Shown here: positions 26,004 through 37,893 of the stretch, piece after piece
Position numbering within the stretch: the first letter of the stretch is position 1
Layout of the letters: each line of letters opens with the position of its first letter
NCBI GenBank assembly: GCA_002269645.1
Contig: NIVC01002162.1
Coordinates: 133,564-197,563 of the forward strand
Direction: 5' to 3'
Source of the DNA: Macrostomum lignano
Lineage: Eukaryota
Length of the DNA: 64,000 nucleotides
Position numbers and translations under genes: made by a program
The notes under the pieces: model-generated
Seen by the model: the letters and a program-made list of their open reading frames with translations, nothing else
Databases searched by the model: none
What the model was told of the DNA's origin: nothing

Positions 26004-28445
26004 TTAATCCTGGTTGATCTTCTTAAACTCGGCCACCTGAGCCAGCACGTGAGCTAGTATAGCCTTGGCGTCTCGTTTATCTGCTGGCAGTTTGTTAGTA
26101 ACGCCCAGAATCTCTCCGCACTGCCTAACATAGTATTCCAAGTCTTCGTCTGTGCACTTGTTAGTAATCTGAGCTAGGCGAACTTTCTCCGTGCTAAACT
26201 GTTCGTCTAGATCGAACAGTTCCAGTGCCGGGGCTGGCAACTCGCGAAAGCTGGGCGGAAACACGGCCGGTTGTAGAGGCGGTAGCGGTGTCTCAAATTG
26301 CGGCTGAATCAGCGACAATTGCTCGTGCTTGACGCGCAGCTTGTCGTAGGCAGCGATGGCCTTGGGCACCAGGCTGGTGTCCATCACGTATAGAGACGAG
26401 TCGTACAGGCTCAACACATCTTTTGGTACATCGTCGCTCTCTTGTAGGCAGGCCTTGAGCTCTTCGGACAGGGCTTCAATGTCCGGCGCGTGCTGATAGT
26501 CGGCCACTTCCGGCTCTTCAGCATCGATGGCGTTCAGTTGCAAACTATCCGAGGACAGGTACTGAAGTAGCACTTCCAGCAGCTGGGACAGGGGCGGGTT
26601 GGATGGAAGTTTAGTGTTCGAGTTTAGGGATTGGAGTTTAGTGTCCGAGTTTGGGTATTGGAGTTTAGTGTCCGAGTTTGGGTATTGGAGTTTAGTGTCC
26701 GAGTTTGGGTATTGGAGTTTAGTGTCCGAGTTTGGGTATTGAAGTTTAGTGTCCGAGTTTGGGTATTGAAGTTTAGTGTCCGAGTTTGGGTATTGGAGTT
26801 TAGTGTCCGAGTTTAGGTATTGGAGTTTAGTGTCCGAGTTTGGGTATTGGAGTTTAGTGTCCGAGTTTGGGTATTGAAGTTTAGTGTCCGAGTTTGGGTA
26901 TTGGATTTTTGTGTCCGAGTTTAGTATGTCCGAATTTTTGTGTACGAGTACGAGTTTAGTGCCCGAGTCTAGGTGCTGGATTTTTGTGTCCGAATTTGAA
27001 CTGAGTTTCCAAGGTGTCCAACACCAAGGGTGTTTAAGTTTGGATGTCCAATGGATGTCAAATTTTAATATAGGAATTTATGCGTTAAAGATGTGTGTCT
27101 TAGACGGAGTCTACAAGATGTAGTGTGTCCAAGGTTTAGATCGAGTGTCCGAGATTGATACTAGTGCCCGAGATTAATATTAGTTTCCAAGATCAATTAT
27201 TAGTGTCCGAGATTAATATTAGTGTCTGAGATCAATATTAGTTTCCGAGATCAATATTAATATCTGAGATCAATATTAGTTTCTGAGATTATTATTAGTG
27301 TCTGAGATTAATATTAGTTTCTGAGATTATTATTAGTGTCCGACACTATTAAATAATAGTGTCCGAGATCAATATTAGTGTCCGAGATTGATATTAGTGT
27401 CCAAGATAAATATTTCTGTCCGAAAACAATATTAGTGACCGAGATCAATATTAGTGTCCGAGATCAATATTAGTGTCCGAGATCAATATTAGTGTCCGAG
27501 ATCAATATTAGTGTCCGAGATCAATATTAGTGTCCGAGATCAATATTAGTGTCCGAGATCAATATTAGTGTCCGAGATCAATACTAGAGTCCGATCACAA
27601 ACTGTTAATTCACTTACCTTGAAATTGTCCTCCTTGTCGATATACTCGTCCGAGAAGGCGGCGGCAGCACCGAACACGGCCACTTTGCCGCCCCCGCCGC
27701 TGCCAGCAGCGCGGCTACTAGACGCGGGAGCAGCAGAAGCAGCAGCGGCAGCAGCATTGGCAAAGGCGCAGACAGGCCTATTAAGCGGAAACGCTACGCT
27801 CCCAGTGCTGAGAACAGCCACGGCCGGCTTAGCGACATTAAGCGTGGCGCCGTACGGATAGACAAAGTGCAGCGAAGACTTGTGCACCGACGATGAGTCA
27901 CCGCCGCCGCCGATACCGGCAATCATCGGCGGGAGAGCTTTGCCAGCGGCCTCGCTAATCGCCCTATTCAGCACACCGTTGGGCACGTAGCATTCCTTGG
28001 GGTGAAAGTACTTATAGTAGGCTGTGCGAACAACGCAATCGCTATTTACTGAGATGCCCAACTCTTCTAGAAAGAAATTCACGTTAGTATCGAATCGCGA
28101 CTCGCCGCCTTCGCCCATGAGCACCAGGATGCTGCCGCCCTTGGCCAAGTAGGCCTTCATCGCGTCGAACTCGGACACAGAGAACTTCTCATTAGGCAAA
28201 GCGACTAGAAATATTCTAGCCTCGGACAGTCGCGACTCGGTCACTTCGTCTTTTAGGCTGACAATTTTCCAGCTGGATTTCAATTTCCTAGTCAAAGTTT
28301 TGAAACCATAGTTGGGACCGAAAGCATCGTGTTTGGAGGCGTTAATTAGCAGGACATTGCTGCCAGCGATTCCAGCTGAAGCGTCTGGATGGTCGCGGCC
28401 TCCGTTCATCACCGCCGATGGCTCCGTGGGCGCCGGGGCTGGCAT
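26004..28445 (-). CDS. IFT52: Intraflagellar transport protein 52, 2 exons, about 468 aa
   Basis: Exons 27618-28445 (ATG in GCAGCCATG; GGSILVLMGEGGE, YYKYFHPKE, FVYPYGATLNV) and 26004-26582 (IQPQFETPLPPLQPAVFPPSFRELPAPALELFDLDEQFS...QITNKC); GT-AG intron in phase 0. Confidence 0.97.
26612..26930. repeat. 27-bp minisatellite in IFT52 intron
   Basis: TTGGAGTTTAGTGTCCGAGTTTGGGTA, about 12 copies. Confidence 0.95.
27140..27592. repeat. 19-bp minisatellite in IFT52 intron
   Basis: AGTGTCCGAGATCAATATT repeats. Confidence 0.93.
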
Positions 28446-28511
28446 GGCTGCGACCAAATTGCTGCAACAGTGAATTGAAATTGACTTGTCTTGGACACCT
28501 TGGGTTTATAG

Positions 28512-29008
28512 GGGAGTGAAACTGCCTTCAGACTGGTCATTCGGGGAGTGAAACTGCCTTCAGACTGGTCATTCGGGGAGTGAAACTGCCTTCAGACTGG
28601 TCATTCGGGGAGTGAAACTGCCTTCAGACTGGTCATTCGGGGAGTGAAACTGCCTTCAGACTGGTCATTCGGGGAGTGAAACTGCCTTCAGACTGGTCAT
28701 TCGGGGAGTCAAACTACCTTCAGACTGGTCATTCGGGGAGTCAAACTGCCTTCAGACTGGTCATTCGGGGAGTGAAACTACCTTCAGACTGGTCATTCAG
28801 GGAGTGAAACTGCCTTCAGACTGGTCATTCAGGGAATGAAACTGCCTTCAGACTGGTCATTCAGGGAGTGAAACTACCTTCAGACTGGTCATTCAGGGAG
28901 TGAAACTACCTTCAGACTGGTCATTCAGGGAGTGAAACTACCTTCAGACTGGTCATTCGGGAAGTGAAACTACCTTCAGACTGGTCATTCGGGGAGTTAA
29001 ACTACCCT
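28512..29008. repeat. 32-bp minisatellite just upstream of the IFT52 start, about 15 copies
   Basis: GGGGAGTGAAACTGCCTTCAGACTGGTCATTC. Confidence 0.96.
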
Positions 29009-29571
29009 CTTCAGGTGTCTTTCAGAGTGGCCCTACCTTCAGGTGTCCTTCAGAGAGTGGAGCCCTACCTTCAGATGTACTTTAGAGAGTGGGGCCTTAC
29101 CTTCAGGTATCCTTCAGAGAATGACCCTAAACTCAGGCTTCCTATAACGCATAAAATCAACAAAATACAAGCAAATCCAAACATAAAATAAAAGCTCAGT
29201 GCATGCTGAGAAAGTTTATACTTTTTTATGATCGGTTTAGATGAAAATTAAAATGCGAACAGTCAATATTTATAATTGACGGCATAATCTAGCACTCAAA
29301 ATGATCATATCATAAATGATCCGTTTAGCAAAATGAGTCAAAGCAAATTTATTATCTTGATGGAGCACTGAAAAATGATTATACCCCAGAAAATGAACGA
29401 GAAGCATTTTTCGATGAAATCGAAATTCTCCGATAGATATTTGGTAGCGATCTAAAATATCAAAGGGGGTCAGTTGACCTCCTTATGTCCTCACTCACCT
29501 GGCATTCTCTACCTGATATTAGATTTAAACCATCAAAGGGGGTCAGTTGACCTCCCTATGTCCTCACTCAC

Positions 29572-30936
29572 CTGGCATTCTCTACCTGATATACCCGTTG
29601 GCAGCAGGGCTTCCGTCATCTCCCTGGGTATCACCTGATTTCATGTAAGGGGCAACAACAAACAAAATTGTAACAATTATACTATCGGTTGAACTGATTG
29701 AGCATTTTTATAGCATTTTAGCACTATCAACCTCTTCTACTAGTAAGCTTACAGTGTATGTTCCCTGTCTCTTCCCTCCTGCTTCCCATTCTCTTCCCTC
29801 CCGCTTCCCTGTCTCTTCCCTCCCGCTTCCCTGTCTCTTCCCTCCCGCTTCCCTGTCTCTTCCCTCCCGCTTCCCTGTCTCTTCCCTCCCGCTTCCCTGT
29901 CTCTTCCCTCCCGCTTCCCTGCCTCTTCCCTCCCGCTTCCCTGTCTCTTTCCTCGTGCTTCCCTGTCTCTTCCCTCCCGCTTCCCTGTCTCTTCCCTCCC
30001 CTTCCCTGTCTCTTCCCTCCCGCTTCCCTGCCTCTTCCCTCCCGCTTCCCTGTCTCTTTCCTCGTGCTTCCCTGTCTCTTCCCTCCCGCTTCCCTGTCTC
30101 TTCCCTCCCGCTTCCCTGTCTCTTCCCTCCCGCTTCCCTGTCTCTTCCCTCCCGCTTCCCTGTCTCTTCCCTCCCGCTTCCCTGTCTCTTCCTCGTGCTT
30201 CCCAGTCTTATTCTATTAATCTAGCGGTTCGCAACCAACTCACCTTGTCAACCTCCCCGCTAACGACCATACAGGGCGTATCGACTCTTTTATCGTAATA
30301 CTTATTGTGCCCGCTGCAGGGACTTTTGAATGGCGCGAACAGGATAGCAAATTTGGGCAGAAGCGACGGCTCCTCGTTCTCTAAGTGTCGCAGTACAATA
30401 TAGGCCATAGCGGCGCCCTGGCTGAAGCCCATCAGGCCGTCGTAGGCGTGCTTCCTCAACTGGGCCACAACCAGCTTCAAAGACTCCTCCAATCCGTGCT
30501 CCCAGTCACTTTGCTCTGAGGCATTGAATCCGCCAGTAGGTTTGGAGAACCACCAGGCCCGCTCGGTGCCAGCGGAGCCGCCAGTCAGGCACAACAGGCC
30601 GCTATTGTTGCTGACGCCGCTCAAATCGACATCGGCAGCCGACGGCGAATCAACCAAATGCGGCGCGTCGATAAAATCGTAGCGAATAGTTCGAAAAGTA
30701 TTCGTAGTCTTCTTAACTAGTTTGCGGAATGCGCCAGTCTTTTGGCGAAACGAACTGCCAGTCTGACGATAGCCGTGCAGGCACAGTATTCTCATGCTGT
30801 CGTCCTCTTCTTCTTCCTCTTTCTCTAATTCCGCTTGTTTGGTGTCTTTTGCTGCAACTTCTGCAACAAGCGTGTCGCCACCTGCTGCTGCTGGCACCGC
30901 TGCTACAGAATCCAATGCGGAGTTGATTGGGTCGGA
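29572..30936 (-). CDS. OVCA2: OVCA2/FSH1-family serine hydrolase (C-terminus not found)
   Basis: Exon 30244-30936: MRILCLHGYRQ (ATG 30795), FIDAPH, RAWWF, DGLMGFSQGAAMA, VSGEVDK; next exon 29572-29634 VIPREMTEALLP; HxGGH exon not located. Confidence 0.88.
29762..30205. repeat. 22-bp pyrimidine-rich minisatellite in OVCA2 intron
   Basis: CTTCCCTGTCTCTTCCCTCCCG, about 20 copies. Confidence 0.95.
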
Positions 30937-31047
30937 CTGGAAAAGGCAATGTTGGCGTGGAAATTGCGGTAACATGAGCAGGGCGGATAAGCAGTGGATA
31001 ATCACTGGCTTAGCTGAAGGGAAGTTGCGAAGAGACGAGAGAAAATG

Positions 31048-31790
31048 AACAGGTGAGATAGGGAGGAGGGACAGGTGAGATAGGGAGGAGAGACAGGTGA
31101 GAGGGAGAGGGACAGGTGAGATAGGGAGGAGGGACAGGTGAGATAGGGAGAAGAGACAGGTGAGAGGGAGAGGGACAGGTGAGAGGGAGAGGGACAGGTG
31201 AGAGTGAGAAGAGACAGGTGAGATAGGGAGGAGAGACAGGTGAGAGGGAGAGGGACAGGTGAGATAGGGAGGAGGGACAGGTGAGATAGGGAGGAGAGAC
31301 AGGTGAGATAGGGAGGAGAGACAGGTGAGAGGGAGAGGGACAGGTGAGAGGGAGGAGGGACAGGTGAGATAGGGAGAAGAGACAGGTGAGAGGGAGAGGG
31401 ACAGGTGAGAGGGAGAGGGACAGGTGAGAGTGAGAAGAGACAGGTGAGATAGGGAGGAGAGACAGGTGAGAGGGAGAGGGACAGGTGAGATAGGGAGGAG
31501 GGACAGGTGATATAGGGAGGAGAGACAGGTGAGAGGGAGAGGGACAGGTGAGAGGGAGGAGGGACAGGTGAGATAGGGAGAAGAGACAGGTGAGAGGGAG
31601 AGGGACAGGTGAGAGGGAGAGGGACAGGTGAGAGGGAGAAGAGACAGGTGAGATAGGGAGGAGAGACAGGTGAGAGGGAAAGGGACAGGTGAGATAGGGA
31701 GGAGAGACAGGTGAGATAGGGAGGAGAGACAGGTGAGAGGGAGAGGGACAGGTGAGAGGGAGAGGGACAAGTGAGATAGGGAGGAAGACA
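31048..31790. repeat. Purine-rich minisatellite, mixed 19/22-bp units
   Basis: GAGACAGGTGAGATAGGGAGGA and GGGACAGGTGAGAGGGAGA. Confidence 0.95.
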
Positions 31791-32181
31791 GAACGAATAG
31801 GAAATATGATAGTGAGATATAAGTAGGATAAGAAGAAAGCAGAAATCCTGATAAAAAAATCAAATTTTTTGAAAGCCAAGTCAGCGAATGAAACACAGAT
31901 AATGATCTGAAAAATGAGTTTTTGCGAATATCGAAAAAATAAAAAATTGGCTTATTCAGTTTAGCTAGTGCAAAAACCAGAACGTCATTACCTAATCTTT
32001 ATAAACACATTGTTGGAAACTAATGACCTAAGCTTAATTTTAAGCAGTCGTCTAAAGCCTTTAGCTTACAAAAATAGACCAAAATGGGTGGAAAACTGTG
32101 TAACAGTTCGTAATTAAACCTGTTTTGCCTAACCTACTGCTTGATTTTAAATTAACCGATAGCACACTTTGCTCACTGAAT

Positions 32182-33600
<1,419 letters not shown>

Positions 33601-34562
33601 TATGTGTAGATGTAAGCAATAAATAAAAATAGCTCCGGAAAAATCCATTTATCCAAACATTATCCTGGAACCACTACGAGTAACTAATTGACAAGTCAAT
33701 CGCAACTTTACTATATATCGATTATAGTGTTTAATAATTTAGGCATTCGGATAATGGCTTTCATATTGACACGAGCAGTCAATCACTCTGGGAAGGAGAA
33801 ACGCGGCAAATGCGCAAGATAAATGCGAGGAGCGGAATTGGGAAGAATATCCTTTAGATTGACGAAGGAAGAAGTCATTGGGAGTATGGATATTTATGTC
33901 AACACCAGAAATGTAATGTAATAAGTTCTAAAAGTGTTCAAGTCGCTCACTACCCACCACATACTATAGCTAGTCTGTATTTCAGCAGTTCCCCCCTCCC
34001 ATGAGCCTTGGTATCTCAGCACTTCCCCATCCCACAGCTGCGATGCAAATGACTCGACCGCAATTTATAAACACAAGCCTATATTTAGACTGAGTGCAAT
34101 ATAATTTGATTATTCAACTGGGCCATGCTTGTTAATTGAGCGCAGGCGCTTATCTACACATTAAAATTAAACACGTGGCTTGGTCAAAATGAATGATAGA
34201 AAAAATCGTTTCAGGAGTTTATGCGAGTGCACAACAGTGTCCCAACGTGCCTAAAGTGATTCAAACACTCCTTAATTTATTCACCTCTCATTAGCTACTC
34301 CGATGTACATATGCAATTGCACGTTCAAGTGATGCCTTAATTAATAGTAGAGCCAGCTATAAAGTGAAGTTGATTGACAAAAAGGCACGGTGCAAAGACT
34401 CATGTGCCTCTCTATATTGCTCAAATACTACCAACCAATGAGAATACTTCTGAGCGAGTTGCCAATAGAAACGCCTCGATTCCACCAACATATACTTACT
34501 ATGAGACAGTTATTATCGCATAAAACCAAACCAGGAAGCATCGCTCTGCACTTAGCTGCATA

Positions 34563-36156
34563 GTGAAATTAAGGTTTTTTTTAATACACGCCTTGTACAA
34601 ACTGGATTCAATTACGATAGACAACGTTACTTATCAGTTTCCAGATAGACCTACCGAATTACTAGAACAATGCACTTCGCAGCATGGTAATAATGAATCT
34701 GCTGAACAACGCAACCTGCTATGCACCACGGCTACTCTGCTTGGCGCCTTGTACGCTTATCCGTTTCCAGCGGTGCTAGCTATCGGCGTCATTGGCAACA
34801 TACTGACTATAGTTGTACTCGGCTTCAAAAGCATCCAAGTAAATAGGCACAGCGTCTACCTATGCGGTGTAGCATTTGCTGACACGCTTCACCTGCTATT
34901 CGTCGGATTAGGATGGCTATTCTTAGCTAAAGGCTTGCCGTGGGCAACGGGGGGCAGCAGCTACGTTTATTTGATGAACTTCGGAGTTTGGCCGTGTCGA
35001 CTGTACAGATTCTTGGCCGGTCTGGCCAGCATACACGCCTATAATTCGTTTCTACTCGTGGCAGCCGATCGATGCCTAGCTGTGTACTTTCCATTCAAAT
35101 TTATTAACGTTAGCAACAAGACGGCAATTAGACTGAGTCTGGCTACTCTGCTTGTTAGCCTGCTTAGCGCTCTACCGTTTGTTGTTATGATGGGATATGT
35201 CACCGTGCCGGAGCAGAAACTCGTCTTCTGCTGGCTCACCGTCAATAGCGGCGCTTTTCAACTATACGACGCTCTCTATGTCAAAGGTTAGTTATTGAAA
35301 GTTTACACTTTTTCTGTTTTTTTACCTATTAAAAGTGGCTCTAGCTCAGTGGCTTTAGCTGAGATAGAGCCACAGTGGCTCTGGTGGTAGCCCAGCAACT
35401 GAGGATCCGGGAGACTGGCCCAGCAACTGGGGATCTGAGAGGCTGGCTCAGCAACTGAGAATCTGAGAGGCTGGCCCAGCAACTGAGGATCTGGGAGGCT
35501 GGCCCAGCAACTGAGGATCTGAGGATATTGGAAAACAAGCCTGAGGATCAGGGGGGAAGCAGCTCTAAGATTAGGGAAGGAAACGACTCAAAATTGGAGA
35601 TTGGGGCAGGCGAAAACAAAGATGAAAGTAGAATTAATTAGGAAAAAAGTTTTTTAAGCAGGGACATTTAGTTTAGAAGAAAAAGCAATGTCAGTTTATT
35701 ATTTTTTCGCAAGAAATTGTTCTCAATCAAAAACATCCTCTAGGCATCGCCCAGATGCTGCTGATATTCCTCATCAACCTGGCTCTGCTAATCAAAATGG
35801 CGCAGGTAACCCGCCAGCACAATCGCCTAGTAAATGGCGGAGCTAATCAGAGCAACATCATGCCGAAACAACTGGAGACGGAAGAAATGAAAGCCACAAT
35901 AATGATAGTACTGCTATCTGTGTTGGTTTTAATCTGTGCAGTACCAGCTGCCAGCCTGGGCCTAATCAACTACATCACTGTGTACATCAGCCACAATGCA
36001 AGCAATGGCCAGCTGCAGTTAATGTGGAACTGGCTAGATATCAGCTTATTCCTTGTGTTTCTAGAGCAAAGCACCAAGTGGATTGTCTATCTGGCGCAGA
36101 GCAGGACATTCCGACGAAAGATGATGATTTACCTGCGGTACAGGAGGCGCAGTTAA
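34563..36156 (+). CDS. Rhodopsin-like (class A) GPCR, divergent peptide-receptor-like; N-terminus unresolved
   Basis: TM1 GVIGN, TM2 AFAD, TM3 CRLY...ADRC...FP, ECL2 Cys, phase-1 GT-AG intron 35287-35743, TM6 KATIM...ICAVP, TM7 STKWIVY, helix 8 SRTFRR. Confidence 0.88.
35385..35525. repeat. Short about 28-bp tandem repeat in GPCR intron
   Basis: GGCTGGCCCAGCAACTGAGGATCTG x5. Confidence 0.85.
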
Positions 36157-37584
36157 GGCCTAAGCTGGATCCTCAGCAGTCTGCCTGCATCACATAACAG
36201 CTGCTTCTGTTTAAATTGTTATAAAAAATATTCAACTTTTATCTCAAACTTTGTAGAGTAAGCTTAAATATCCCTGGCAAAGTATGAGTCATTTTAGCAT
36301 TGAAACAACTATACTCGTTCATATGTGCAAAAAAGCCTACTATCAGTAATAAAATCGAAAAGAATAAAAGTAGAAATGCAATAATAAAATAGCACCTATC
36401 AACTAAGCTGCAAAAAATGAAACTCGCTTTCTTTTGAATGTATTACTTTTCATTATAAAACAAAAAACAATTCTAGTTTTTATATTTCCAGGTTCATTTA
36501 AGCTGTTATCAAATAAGCAATCAAATAAGTCACCAAAATCCATTAAAAGTTTGCTATCAAGCATTTGCATGTTTACAATTAATACATTATCATAATATTT
36601 CAAAGCCTATTAGTCTAAGACACATTAGGATATATTTAGGAAATTATTCATAAAAAATAATTTATAGATAAAAATTTAATAGTAAGTAAATATATAAAAA
36701 TTTATGCACAACTTTCTTATCTAATTATTGCTGAGATATCAAGGATGACTAGGGAAAATTGCTAAGATACCAAGGTGGAGAGGTCAAAAACTATACATTG
36801 TTTAATTAGAAAATTACTCCATTCTTTGAATGATTTTAATTAAATAATATGATTTATTTAACTGAAAAAGGAATGCTACTAAAGAAATATGCTTACATTT
36901 TAAAGGATTCTCAAATAATTTTTATTCATTGCTTTTGTATATCCCATAGGGCTAGTCTCTCTATCGCTAGTCTTTACCCTAAAACCAATGGTCATCAAGT
37001 GGCAGCCTTAATCCAAATCTAGCCATAACTCTTCACTCTACCCTTACCAATACCAACCTAAACTAAGGTCCTTATGTTACAAATTGCATCTCCTTTAGTT
37101 ATGGTAAGAACTGTGGGGATGATAAGAATTAGACTGATTTGGGGCTAAAATCTAAGAAAAGTTTATTATTGGCTTTGAGAAAGACATTTAAATATCTTTT
37201 ATTAAATGTAAAAGTACACTACAAGCAAAATTTGATACTAGGAACATGACTACACAGAATTATAGAAACATTATTTTTTAAGCAATAGAAATAGACTTTT
37301 ATTCAATTTGAATCTAATGATTTCTCTAAATAGGATATTAAATATGTTTAAGCATATAAGCATACTAATTGATTTAATTATCTATATTGGACACTATTCA
37401 TTTCTATATCCCACATGTCTAAATTTAATGTCATATAAAAAACCAAGGTACTAGCTAGCATCAATCAAAAAATAGAAATCTAGATACTTATATAATAGGC
37501 TTCATTTTTAGTAGACTAACTCTCTTAGAAATATAAAAATTCAAAACTCCATTATTTTTATACTATACTATTTGCTTACTTAGG

Positions 37585-37893
37585 GGGGCCGTAGCCCAGC
37601 GGTCTAGCACAGGCTCTGGTGTGCCAGCGACCCAGACTCGATTCCAAGTGCAGTCACATTAATTTGGGGCTGAATTGGAATCTTGGCTTGGCTCTGCTCG
37701 TGCAATTAATGGCCTTGAGAGCCAAACCCCCCAAGGCGCAGTGAAGTGTACATGCCTAACGATAAAATAAAGTTAGGGCCGCTGTACACTCCTGTATGAG
37801 TGTGTGCCTGCGTACGTATCTGCGCGCTTGTATGCCTGCTCAGGGGAGTCGGCGGAATGGGCAGTAATGCCTCTCGCCAGTTGTGTGCCTATG
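37585..37893 (+). mobile_element. SINE family A, 5' part (interrupted by hAT; 3' part at 43832-43890)
   Basis: tRNA-like head GGCCGTAGCCCAGCGGTC...CTCGATTCC, family A body; resumes after the hAT and ends in an A-tail. Confidence 0.75.

Noticed and set aside
28440-29634. In-frame OVCA2-IFT52 fusion transcript
   Set aside because: Available donors (phase 0 or 1) joined to the acceptor near 28462 do not give the IFT52 frame.
30208-31896. 562-aa ORF as one protein
   Set aside because: The N-terminal LSHLS/SPVP half is translated minisatellite; only about 30244-30936 is OVCA2.
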